This document shows, one piece after another, positions 35,115 through 45,900 of a stretch of 64,000 nucleotides of DNA. Made by a program: the position numbers and the translations under genes. Location: IMG/VR virus record IMGVR_UViG_3300035703_000076, positions 4,947 to 68,946 of that record; one strand, 5' to 3'. Origin of the DNA: a virus. Below the pieces are notes generated by a model. The model saw only the letters and a program-made list of their open reading frames with translations, was not told where the DNA came from and did no database searches. Position 1 is the stretch's first letter. Each line of letters begins with the position of its first letter.

Positions 35115-35827
35115 GCGAAATTCACGGAACATACGCAAAGGTTAGTATGGATGAGGTAATCCAACAAGCTAAATCTGAACTTGATATTGAGAACACGACC
35201 CAATGGGATTTGTTTTTGCAAGTTGAGGGAGAGGAAGCTGTTAGAAATCTTAATTGCCAATCGCTTGTTTACAAAAAGCAAGAATGTATTGATATTTGCG
35301 AGGGGCAAACTCCGTTGCCTTGCGGTTTTTATAAGTTTTTAGGATTAAGGTACTACGACCAAAGGTTGGGTAATTGCCAAAAAGTTATTTATGCAGACAC
35401 AATGTTTTTAAATGCAGAGGGTTGCAATAATTGGCCTTTCCCTGCGGGAGAAACAAGTTGGTTTACCAAAAATTGGTTTACCGCAATGCAGATAGTAAAC
35501 GGAAAGATGAGTTTTGTTAATGGACACGGTTTTGACAAAGCTGTTATTGCTTACCTTGGCTTTAATGTGGACGAGAACGGACACCTTATAATATACGAAC
35601 ACTACGTTAGGGCTGTTAAGGCGTATATGAAATATCGCTTTATGATGAAAAAGCCGCAGAACTATGTTCGTATGCAAATTGACGATGCTATGGCAGAATG
35701 GAAGGCGCAAAAAAGATTTGTTAAAGGGGAGGACAATGCCTTTAATGCTGATTTATACAGAAGGGAGATTATGGCAGCAATGACCGCTTTAATTGTTTCA
35801 CCGACAATACCAACTTGGACTTATTAA
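35111..35827 (+). CDS. tail ring/adaptor protein
   Basis: Position; LPC, AY.G..VDE.G...I motifs. Confidence 0.6.
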   Translation: MSEIHGTYAKVSMDEVIQQAKSELDIENTTQWDLFLQVEGEEAVRNLNCQSLVYKKQECIDICEGQTPLPCGFYKFLGLRYYDQRLGNCQKVIYADTMFLNAEGCNNWPFPAGETSWFTKNWFTAMQIVNGKMSFVNGHGFDKAVIAYLGFNVDENGHLIIYEHYVRAVKAYMKYRFMMKKPQNYVRMQIDDAMAEWKAQKRFVKGEDNAFNADLYRREIMAAMTALIVSPTIPTWTY

Positions 35828-35828
35828 G

Positions 35829-38800
35829 ATGCCTGAACAATCAGTTGTACCTATTGGAAATTTAAACCTTGATGTTGATATAGCAAGGATTAAGGATGGC
35901 GATTATTCAAACGCTTTGGATATTACTTTCATAACAGACGAAGGTGGGTCAAGTGTTAGTGCTGAAAACCAATATGGAAACAAGTTTTCCTTTAAGTTAG
36001 GAAGTGTTGTTCCGCAGGTAAAGAAGTTTGTGATAAATATGCCCTCAAGCACGATTCCAAACGATATTCATTCTGCAACAGTATTTAGAAGCAACGGACT
36101 GCCTTGGTTTAGTTTTAATTTTTATTATCTTTCAACCCAAGCGGCAACTATATTAGATTTTGAAAGCGAATTTATATCTGAAATAAACGTAGCAGCTTCT
36201 TCGCCTCCATTCCCTTTTCAATCGTCTTTAAGCGGTGGGGTTTATTCTATTTGGCTTGCACAGGACGGTCTTGATTGGAATATCCTTATTGATGGAGTTC
36301 CGCAAACAATTATTCAAGAGCCTGTTGGTAAACCTGGAATATTTAAACCAATAGGAAGTTCGTATATTGACAACGACCTATTTGTTTGGTCTTGTGTAAC
36401 TGATGATGAACCTTTGAAAGTTGACGTTGTAAATAGTCAGCAATTAGGGCAAATGATTGTCGTAAACACAGTTCCCTTTGCTAATCCCTATATCGGTTTA
36501 CAACACGTTTATATTAGCGGAACAAACAATGGAATGGACGGGGCTTGGCTTGCTCAAAATAGCGTTGGTAGTCCTTTTTCATTCTTGCTTATTGGAAGCC
36601 AATGGACGGTTAATTCAAGCGGTGGAACAATACTTATTGGAACAGAAGCGATAGGAGAGCTTGGAGTTGCTCAATATACGGAAGGAACAGATTCGTATAC
36701 ATACACAAGACTTGCAAGGTCAAGGAAATTTAATTTTGTTTCAAAGCATCAAATTGACGCTCGTCCAACCGAAAGGAACATAAGAAGTACAAATTTCTAT
36801 TGGACTGACAATTACAACCAACAAAGGTGTATGTACTATAAAGGTGCATATATTCAAGATGGTTTTATTTCTTATTTTAACCCTTTAGGGCTATACGAGT
36901 ATCAAACGCTTAATGAAGAAATACGTTCGCAAGTAATTGCTAATTTTAAGGTTCAATTTGTTTCGCAAGATTCAACAGGAGGTGCAGTAAAGGCAGGAAA
37001 TCATAGGTACGTTGTAAGAGCAAGGAGCGGGGGTAGAAATAAGACTGAAATATCATTACCATCAGGACTTGTAAACGTATACGCTCAACCAAATAGCAAC
37101 TTAGCTTTGGGTTCGGAAGTTGGAACGGTTACTCCAAAAATAAACAACTTGCTAATTACAAACATTCCACCTGGCGTGTTTGAGGAAATTGAACTTATTG
37201 ATATTCTTTACAGTTCAAGTTTTGGTTTAATTAGCGCAACGGTTGTCAATATTTTTCCTTTAGGCATAGATGATATTGAATTAAAAGTAAGCCATACAGG
37301 TAATGAGGCGGGTTCGTTTGGAATTGATTCAACAGAACTTCAATATATTACAGAGATTTATAAAACCGTAAAAAGCAATCAAGTGATTGACAATAGAATG
37401 GTCAACACAAATGTTACTTTATACGAAGAGCTTGACTTGTCGGAGTTTTTTAAAACTTGGAAACATAGTATCATAAGGCAAACGATAAATGATAGTGGAA
37501 ATTTTTTCAGTAGATTTGATATTCAGTATAATTCAAACTCTATTGGCAATCTATGCTATCCTTCAAAAGCTAATTTAGCCTATGGAGAATATCAAAATCC
37601 TTCAAATGTAAATTCAAATATGAGCCTTATGTTGAATGAAACATATAGGTTTATGGCTGTTTGCAAAAGAAAAGATAATGGCCAACTTACTTCTGCTTTT
37701 TGGATTGATGACATTTGTGTAAACAATAGGGGTGTAAATGAAAATGCCCTTGGTTTGCCTATTACAGTAAATAGAAGGGTTGCTACGGTTGCGGATGCTG
37801 ATATTGTTGTCCCTGCAAGCGGAGCGGGTTCGATAGGCTTTCAAAATGTAATATTTGCCTACGATAGCGGAGCTTTGCCTGGTTCTCCATTGATTTATAA
37901 TTATGGGCAAATATATTACGCAGGACACGGACTACAAACGGGGGATACTGTGTTTGTAGCAAATTTTACAGGAGCGGGTGCTGTTGCAAATGGGATAGAT
38001 GTCGGTGCATATTTTACAGTTAGTGTTATTTCTTCTGATACCTTTAATTTAAACGGATGGGTTAATGCTGGTAATGTTTTTTCAGTTGGCTTGACTTCTT
38101 ATTGGGCTACTGCCGTTGCTCCATCGGGCAACCTTCCGCAGAATTATGGATGGAATAATTTAATGGTGTATAGCTATGGTGTTGAGTTTAGCGGATTCGA
38201 CCTTGCCTTTCAAATTGATGGTAAACCATTTTATGAGTTGTTTGATGAGATTTATATATTTAGAGCAGATTGTGTTCCCGAAATACTTTATACAGGAGTT
38301 TTAGTTCCATCTGTTTCGGGCAGAATATATGTTCCTGAATATAAATTTGGGCATGGCGATGGTGGTTTATTGACCGATTTTTTTGATGCACAAGGAAGTC
38401 ATCCATATCAAAGCGGGGGGTCAACCGACCAAGAGGCTTACAATTCGGGAGATTATACTTCTTATCCTGCCCAAGGAACAGGCGGAGCTGACTACGAAAA
38501 ATATACGGCTCAATGTGCTTTTTATAGCCCCGACCACGATATGGTGGGCAATAATGTTGACAGGTATTTCGCTTCTGATATTATTTTAAATTATGGGCCA
38601 ATGAGCTTCATAAGAAGTTCAAACGGTTTAGGTAAAATTGAAAGCGGAGGTAAAAACCCTTGGCATTTAGATACAGCAATGGAACTTGCTTGGCTTCAAA
38701 GGCCACAATACCCTAACATAATGCAAAATTTTACGGGTGCTGGTTTTGTTGAAAAAGGCGGAGTGTACACAAACCAAGGTTTTCCTAATTATGTAAAGAA

Positions 38801-40745
38801 GCAAGTTTATATTGTAGACCCTTCTCAGCCGAATAAGGGTACAACAAATTTTGACCTTGCACCTTCTTGGTTTTTTGACTTAAATCAACCCTTATGGACT
38901 TGGGGTAGCGACCCTATACAAAACGGTTATTTAGATACAATTTGCTATGGTCAATATTACAGGCCAAAAGCTTACGATATAAATAATCCCGAAGCAAATA
39001 AATACGGAAGTTTCAAGCAAACAGTAAGTTATTATACGGGATTTTCTTTAAACGTACAACAGTATTCAACATTTGCAGGTCAACAATTTCCTACAAATAT
39101 TGTTCAAGTTTATGGCGGAGATGTTTACAATCAAAAGTATTTTCACAAAGTAAGAATACCTGTTTCAACCGACCAATCTGGTTTTGTTGACACGACTTAT
39201 TGGGTTGGCGGAGGCGGAGCTTTAATTTACTATTCACAAAATAGGCACAACGCAAGAATGATTAGGGACGTGAATGGTGATGGCGATGCTCAATTTCCTA
39301 TTTCAAATTATGGAGGATGGTTAAGCCCTCAAAAGTCTGCTCGTCCTGTATATGACCCTACCTATGATTATTGGACAAGTGTTAAACAAAAATTAGGCTA
39401 CTCAACTGATGTTCGGGACTATGCCGCCCCATCCCGAACTGTTTACTCCGCTTTAAAACCTCAAGACGGAACGTATGATGGTTATAGGGACTTTCAGCCA
39501 CTTGACTTCCTTGATGTTCCCCTTACGGATGGGGAAATAACCCATCACGAAAAGGTAAATGGCGAGTTGTTTATACAGCAAGTTAAGAAGTGGCTTAAAT
39601 ACTTCTTCAACACAAGGGGTGAACTTCAAGTTACAGGCAATTCAACTTCAATTGCAATTGGCGATGGAAGCGTTCTTTCTCGTCCACCAATCGAACTTTC
39701 TGCCTATGGTTCAAGAAACAAATGGTCTTTTATAAAAGGCAAAAGCGTTGGAGGGCAAGAAGTTGTTTACATATTTGATTTGACCTCAAAAGCTATCATC
39801 AGATACGCTGGGGATGGCACAAGGAACATTTCTCTTGAAAACAATATTGACAGCTTTATACGCAATAATACACGCTTTTTGGATGGTGTTGATACTCCCG
39901 CTTGGAAGTATGGTATTGCGGCGGTGTGGAACGAAAAAAGAAAGGTTGCCATTTGGACTGCAAGGGCTATTAACCCAACAAAGCCGATATGGTTTGTAAC
40001 ACTACCTTATCAAGTTGGCGACATAGTTTGGTTTGGCGACAACAATACAGATGCAGGATGGGAACAGTTGCCTGCGTTTTTTGAATGTATACAAGCAAAC
40101 AATGGTTCTTTATCCAACAAGCCATTAAGTGGTGCTGATTGGCAAGACTATTGGGTTCAGTTACCTTTGTCCGACAATAGGGTTTATAATGTTTGGACGT
40201 TAGAATTTAACGAACTAAAGAATGGATTTAGTACCTTTGGCACTCCAAAACCTAAAATCTATATGCCATTTAGAAATACCGTTCTTACAGGCGACCCAAG
40301 GGTTAGTTTTAGCTTGCAGTATGAACAAGATATTTACGAGCAAGACAATGGCGAAAAGGGTGTTTGGTATGATTACAGAACTGGTGAGGGGCTTTATGCC
40401 GATGGTTTTATAGAGCTTGTTTTTAATTCACAAACGCAGGATATTAAACATTATTTAGCCCTTCGTGTAAATAGTTTGATAAAACCTTTTAAATTTGAAC
40501 TTTTTACGAAAAAGAATCAAACTTTCATGTTGGCTTCGGATGTTGAAGAAAGGGAGGATTTGTTCTTTACTGCTGTAAAAAATGACTCTAATACGCCGCC
40601 GTATATTGGTCAAAACGACCAAGATACTTCTGCTATTTTTGGTCAATATGTAAAAATTAAAATGTACTTTGAAAAAAGAACAAGGCAATATTTAACTGAT
40701 TTGATGGTAAGGTTTAAATTTAGTCCAAGAAACTCAAATAAGTAA
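35829..40745 (+). CDS. tail stabilisation/muzzle protein (P22 gp10/crAss-type)
   Basis: About 1640 aa; N-terminal LN.D......GDY.NAL.I, YWTD..N; C-terminal TL.FNE..N.F..F and G.Y.... Confidence 0.7.
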   Translation: MPEQSVVPIGNLNLDVDIARIKDGDYSNALDITFITDEGGSSVSAENQYGNKFSFKLGSVVPQVKKFVINMPSSTIPNDIHSATVFRSNGLPWFSFNFYYLSTQAATILDFESEFISEINVAASSPPFPFQSSLSGGVYSIWLAQDGLDWNILIDGVPQTIIQEPVGKPGIFKPIGSSYIDNDLFVWSCVTDDEPLKVDVVNSQQLGQMIVVNTVPFANPYIGLQHVYISGTNNGMDGAWLAQNSVGSPFSFLLIGSQWTVNSSGGTILIGTEAIGELGVAQYTEGTDSYTYTRLARSRKFNFVSKHQIDARPTERNIRSTNFYWTDNYNQQRCMYYKGAYIQDGFISYFNPLGLYEYQTLNEEIRSQVIANFKVQFVSQDSTGGAVKAGNHRYVVRARSGGRNKTEISLPSGLVNVYAQPNSNLALGSEVGTVTPKINNLLITNIPPGVFEEIELIDILYSSSFGLISATVVNIFPLGIDDIELKVSHTGNEAGSFGIDSTELQYITEIYKTVKSNQVIDNRMVNTNVTLYEELDLSEFFKTWKHSIIRQTINDSGNFFSRFDIQYNSNSIGNLCYPSKANLAYGEYQNPSNVNSNMSLMLNETYRFMAVCKRKDNGQLTSAFWIDDICVNNRGVNENALGLPITVNRRVATVADADIVVPASGAGSIGFQNVIFAYDSGALPGSPLIYNYGQIYYAGHGLQTGDTVFVANFTGAGAVANGIDVGAYFTVSVISSDTFNLNGWVNAGNVFSVGLTSYWATAVAPSGNLPQNYGWNNLMVYSYGVEFSGFDLAFQIDGKPFYELFDEIYIFRADCVPEILYTGVLVPSVSGRIYVPEYKFGHGDGGLLTDFFDAQGSHPYQSGGSTDQEAYNSGDYTSYPAQGTGGADYEKYTAQCAFYSPDHDMVGNNVDRYFASDIILNYGPMSFIRSSNGLGKIESGGKNPWHLDTAMELAWLQRPQYPNIMQNFTGAGFVEKGGVYTNQGFPNYVKKQVYIVDPSQPNKGTTNFDLAPSWFFDLNQPLWTWGSDPIQNGYLDTICYGQYYRPKAYDINNPEANKYGSFKQTVSYYTGFSLNVQQYSTFAGQQFPTNIVQVYGGDVYNQKYFHKVRIPVSTDQSGFVDTTYWVGGGGALIYYSQNRHNARMIRDVNGDGDAQFPISNYGGWLSPQKSARPVYDPTYDYWTSVKQKLGYSTDVRDYAAPSRTVYSALKPQDGTYDGYRDFQPLDFLDVPLTDGEITHHEKVNGELFIQQVKKWLKYFFNTRGELQVTGNSTSIAIGDGSVLSRPPIELSAYGSRNKWSFIKGKSVGGQEVVYIFDLTSKAIIRYAGDGTRNISLENNIDSFIRNNTRFLDGVDTPAWKYGIAAVWNEKRKVAIWTARAINPTKPIWFVTLPYQVGDIVWFGDNNTDAGWEQLPAFFECIQANNGSLSNKPLSGADWQDYWVQLPLSDNRVYNVWTLEFNELKNGFSTFGTPKPKIYMPFRNTVLTGDPRVSFSLQYEQDIYEQDNGEKGVWYDYRTGEGLYADGFIELVFNSQTQDIKHYLALRVNSLIKPFKFELFTKKNQTFMLASDVEEREDLFFTAVKNDSNTPPYIGQNDQDTSAIFGQYVKIKMYFEKRTRQYLTDLMVRFKFSPRNSNK

Positions 40746-40749
40746 AACA

Positions 40750-41445
40750 ATGGGATTAACTGAATTAATAATCGGTGCTTATCAGGTTGATAAAGGCAAA
40801 AAAGCTATGAAAGCTTTGGAGGCTAAAGGAGTCGACCCTTTATCTCCCGAATATTTAAAGATGCAAGGTGTTGCAGAAGAAATGGCAAGGAGGGGTTTTA
40901 GTCAGCAAGAAATAGAGGCGTATATGAACGAGCAGCTTTCTGCCTCAAATGCCGCCTTTAATGCTCAACGCAATATGGCGGGGGGCAATCTTGCTCAAGC
41001 GATGGGTGCAACCCAAGTTTTGCAAATGCAAAAAGCAAATGCTGCAATGGCGGCTAAGGATGCAGAATTAAAAAGGTCAAATGTTCAGACATTGTTTAAC
41101 GTATATCAAACGCTGCAACAACAAAAGAACATAAACCAAGAAAGGTTTGATAGGCAAATGGCTGCTGCAAATGCCATTGCTGCTGCTGGAGCGCAAAATG
41201 TTGCAACAGGGATAACTGATATTAAAAACACAGTTCTTGGTGCGTTTACGGCTGGCGCAGGCAATACAGGGCAAAGTGGCTTCAAAACACCAGACCCTTA
41301 TCAACAATCGCCAACAACAACAACGGCATCTAACCCAATGGCAAGCAATCCTGAAATTAATATTTCTTCTTATCAAAGCCCATACGAAGGGCAACCGTAT
41401 AACCCTTACGATATAGGAGGATTTTCAGGCAATAAAGGATTTTAA
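40750..41445 (+). CDS. putative internal virion (ejection) protein
   Basis: A/Q/M-rich helical protein after the tail stabiliser. Confidence 0.6.
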   Translation: MGLTELIIGAYQVDKGKKAMKALEAKGVDPLSPEYLKMQGVAEEMARRGFSQQEIEAYMNEQLSASNAAFNAQRNMAGGNLAQAMGATQVLQMQKANAAMAAKDAELKRSNVQTLFNVYQTLQQQKNINQERFDRQMAAANAIAAAGAQNVATGITDIKNTVLGAFTAGAGNTGQSGFKTPDPYQQSPTTTTASNPMASNPEINISSYQSPYEGQPYNPYDIGGFSGNKGF

Positions 41446-41449
41446 TTAA

Positions 41450-42964
41450 ATGGCATACGTTATATCACCATACGCACAACCTGCGATACTGCCGAGAGAT
41501 AATACGGGGGTTCAACTTGTTTCTGAAATTGCCAAAGCTGGCTATGCTCGCCGTATGAAGGAAATGGAGAACAAGATGAAGTTGGAAGAAGAGGGAAGAA
41601 AGGCTTTTGATGAAGCGTATAAATATGCAAATCTTGATTTAAGCAAGGTTGACCCAATTTATCACGATGAGTTAAAGAGGCAAGCAGATGCTTTGGCTAA
41701 AGGAATGATTGAGGCTTACAAGCAAAATCCTGCATCGTTTAAATACAATACCGCCATTGCAGACGAGGCTCGGAGGCTAAGTACAATTAAAACGCAAAGG
41801 GAGGCTCAAAGTGCTGACATACAAAAGTCTATGGATGCGAGAAGGCAACTTGAAAAAGAAGGCAAGTTTGATGTAGCATTTAACGAGCTTGGGCAAGCTT
41901 ACTCGGCTTGGCAAAATGCAACAGACCCTGCTGAAAAAGCTAAAAAACAACAGGAGTTTATTGAAAGATACACTTCTGGCGATTTGAACATAGCAACGCC
42001 TAAAGTTGAAGATTATACTTGGGCGGGCAATGTGGCTAAAGAAGCTAAAGATTTAATACAAAGTCAACAAGGCAGAAAATTAGATTACACACAAAGGAAA
42101 ACATTTGAAGATGTAATAATGAATGATGAACGTAAGAAATCATCATTAGCAAAACAAATAGGATTAGACAGTTCAACACCCGAAGGCGAACAAGAACTTA
42201 GAAAAAGAATTCAAAGCTATTTGCCGTCAGGTGAAAAACCAGCTCCGCAAGGTGGGGGTTATGGATTAGGTTATGCTTCTTCCATAACAAATCCAACACC
42301 TGGCAGAGTGGATTTTGGTATGACTACGGAAAAACAAGGGGGAGGAACAATGACGGCACAATCTTCTGTTACCTCGCCCGCTCAAATTACTTTTTCTACT
42401 GCAATGCCAACAACGCTTGTTCAGCCATCAGTTTCATATGGCCTTGAAAATGGGAAAACATTAAATAACGATGCCGATTTTAAGGATAACAAGCTGTTTG
42501 AGGTCGCTTTGAGTAAAGTTGCTTTATTGCCTGTATATAAAAAGGGTGTTACAAGGAAAGGCGGGGTTGACGTTTCGGGAGAAATTGTTGACGACTTGAA
42601 TCTTAATGATGAAAGATTAAATGGCAAATATGAGTATAAGGTTTTTGCAATAGGTCAAGGAACGAAGGAAATTGGTGAAGATAGCAGAGACAAGCAATTG
42701 ATAACAAAAGATTTGTATATACCAATAAACCAAGTAAAAGACGCAGTTTGGGATAAGCTTGCTCAATCAGAAAAGCAAAGCGTTATGAAGAACATTTTTG
42801 ATATGAAGGAATTGGCGAGAGATTATAATTCTAAATTAAAAAGCCCAAGTAGCGAAAAGCCTGCTGCTGAAAAGCCGAAGGGTGAATATAAAATTACCAT
42901 GCAGTACAAGGGGGCTACTTATGGCAGAAATTCAGAAAAAGACCAATGGGTTAAAATAAAATAA
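41450..42964 (+). CDS. putative internal virion (ejection) protein
   Basis: 504 aa; position. Confidence 0.6.
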   Translation: MAYVISPYAQPAILPRDNTGVQLVSEIAKAGYARRMKEMENKMKLEEEGRKAFDEAYKYANLDLSKVDPIYHDELKRQADALAKGMIEAYKQNPASFKYNTAIADEARRLSTIKTQREAQSADIQKSMDARRQLEKEGKFDVAFNELGQAYSAWQNATDPAEKAKKQQEFIERYTSGDLNIATPKVEDYTWAGNVAKEAKDLIQSQQGRKLDYTQRKTFEDVIMNDERKKSSLAKQIGLDSSTPEGEQELRKRIQSYLPSGEKPAPQGGGYGLGYASSITNPTPGRVDFGMTTEKQGGGTMTAQSSVTSPAQITFSTAMPTTLVQPSVSYGLENGKTLNNDADFKDNKLFEVALSKVALLPVYKKGVTRKGGVDVSGEIVDDLNLNDERLNGKYEYKVFAIGQGTKEIGEDSRDKQLITKDLYIPINQVKDAVWDKLAQSEKQSVMKNIFDMKELARDYNSKLKSPSSEKPAAEKPKGEYKITMQYKGATYGRNSEKDQWVKIK

Positions 42965-45900
42965 TGGAAGATTTAAACAACCTACCCGAAACTTTACCTG
43001 CGGACTTCAAGTTTGACGAAGCGCCCGAAACGCTTCCTGCTGATTTTAAATTTGATTCCGAGGCTGAAAAAAAAAATTCTATTGGGAACGCTTTACCGAC
43101 TGGTGGCAAAGTTGGGGTATCCGCAACCCCTTCTACTGGAAATGAAGTTGCTGGTTTGCTTGGTGTTAAACCGATTAAGCCAAGTCAATACGCTGCTCCT
43201 ACCCCATTGGTTGAAAAGGCAAAAACGATTGTCGAGCCTGTTGCAAAGGGGCAAGTAATTGACGAAAAAAACAAAACTATCATTGAGCCAATTTTAATAA
43301 AAATTGGACAAGAAAAAGACCAACCATTACCCGCTTCGTTCGACAAAACGACTTTTGATAATTACAACAGAACCTTTGAGGATTACAAGCAAAAAAATAA
43401 ATGGCTTGGTGATGCTATAAAAAACAACACTTTAAATTACTATGTAAACAGCGGAGGTGCTTTAAGCGACTTGGGCAACATAGCAAGCGGAGTTTTATCT
43501 GCTCCTGCTTACAAAAAAGCGGAAGAAGAATATAAAAAAAGCCCAAGTTATGCTCAATTTGCAAAACAAATACAACAATCTAAAAACGCTTTCTTTGAAG
43601 CAAAAGCAAAAGCCGACAAAGAAACTGAAAGACAATCAGAAGCTATTGCACAATCATTAGGCGGTTGGGGTTCTTTAGTTGACAAAGTTGGCAATGCTGA
43701 TGTTGAAAAAATAAGGGAAGGTGTAGATTCTTTCCTTGAAAAAAATAAAATTGAATCAGATAGCCCAATAGCTTACAAACTTAGAAATGAATTAAAAGCC
43801 CAAGCCGAATTTAAGCAAATTGAGCCAAAGATTAATAAGGAATTTGAGGCTCAATATCAAAAACTTTATGGCACAACGCCCGAAGAAGATATTAAAAAGG
43901 AATATGGCGTAACAGTTGAAAAAGCCAAAGGTATAAAGGCGGCAAAGCAAGAACTTGAAAAGAAAAGATTATTGGAAGACAAAGCTCTTGAAGCTGAATT
44001 TAAACCCGAATACGAAAGCCTTGGTTCTTCATATAAGGCAAAGACAACGGAAATAGACAGCCAAATTGAAAACGACCCTGAACTAAATTCTTTTGCACAA
44101 CAACTTGGCCAAGAAAGGCAAAGTAGATATCAAGCAATGGTTGACAACGGGCAAATGTCTGTTGAACAGGCTAATGCAGAAATGAATAGTCCTGCGTCAA
44201 TAGAAGAGGAGAAAAAAAAGATATTGCAGAAGGTTAATGAAAAATATGGAAAGGTTTACGAAAGTGCTTTTGCTGAATATCAAAAAAGCTTAAATGAAGT
44301 TGGTTCTCGTTACAAATCTGCTTATAGGCAACAAGAAAACGCAAGGGTAGAACAAGCAAACAAAAAGATACAATCAGAAATTGAATCTTTGAAAGGACAA
44401 TTTGAAATAAGCCCTGCCTTAATTGAGAAAAGAAAGAAGGCTTATGGCGAAGCTTATACAAAAGTTTCAGAATCAGGATTGAAAGCGGAAATTGCGGCAG
44501 GCAGAACTTTGCCATTTTTGGCGCAAGCAGGAATGTCGTTATTAATGGGTCTTGGAGGTGGATTAAAGGGCGTTGGTGCTGAATTTGACAACAAAACGCT
44601 GTATGACCTTGGTGAATCGCTTGAAAGTGATTTCAAAATCAATGTAGGCGAATCTAAAGAGTTTTCCGATTGGCTTGATTCAAGCAAGTTGACAGTTGGC
44701 ACGGGTAACATTATTGGCCGTATGATTCCTGGTATTGGATTAACCGCCGCCGCTGCCGCTTTAACAAAAGATTGGGGATTAACAGCAAGGCTTGCAACAA
44801 CGGCTGTTACAAGTTTCGCTGCTGAATCTTCAGATATGGCAGGGACAATTAGGGATGAAGTTTTACAATCAACTGGCGACCCTGCAAAAGCGGATGATGC
44901 CGCAAGGGATATGTGGAGGTCGCAATTGTATCTATTCCCTTTGTATGGGATTGAGGGTGCGCCATATATTGATGAATTTTTTACTCAATTAGGAAAAAAA
45001 ATTGCGCCAAAGATTTTTGCAGAAACGGCAAAGGGTGCAAGAAAAACACTTGGACAATGGGCAAAAGAAACTGCTGTAAAAACATTAGCAGGTGGCGTTG
45101 GTGAAACTATCACAGAAATAGCCCAAGAGTTTCCTCAAAACATAAACGAAGAAGCTATTAGAAACGGAAAAGAAATTAAAGGAATTGTTGACCAAATTGA
45201 CGTTTACAATGAGGGCGCAACCCTTCCTAAATTAAAGGAAACAATTGTAACGGTATCGCCTTCTACGTTAATAATGGGTGCTACTCCTGTTTTTGTTTCT
45301 TCTGCTTACAACAAAGCAAAAAGCAGTTATTATGAAAGGAGTGTTGACAATTATTTAAACTCTGCTTCAATAAGTGCTTCTTTAGAAACAAGCCCCGAAC
45401 AATATTTGTTTAACATTAACAGAGAAAAGGGAAAGAATTTTACAGGAACGCTTTTAAATACTTTATTTACAAGTGGGAAAATAAGCGAAAGCGAGTTTGA
45501 TAGGCTTAGTGAGAAGATGGTAAATATGGAAGCCTATAATGAAGTTGTCAAAAAGGCCAAAGCAAAAGGCACTGAAATTGGTAATTTAGTCGGATACAGG
45601 CTTTATGACCAATATATCTCTGCAACTCAAGCTTACGAATCTGAAAAGGATGAACTTGCAAAAGAAGTTCTGAAAAAACAAGCAGATGAAGCAAAGGCTC
45701 AATTTGTCAATCTTTTGCAAGGTAAAGGGGCAAATATTTCTGTAATGACTTTAGGTAACGGACAGGAATACGCCTTTTTGCCTGACGAAATGATGTTTGC
45801 ATTGCAGTTTCCAAATATTAGGGAAAGTATTAAAAATGGCGACATTGGAGTGGTTGTTGGTGGTGACAAAGCAGTTGTTGGCGATTTGTTAAATGAATTA

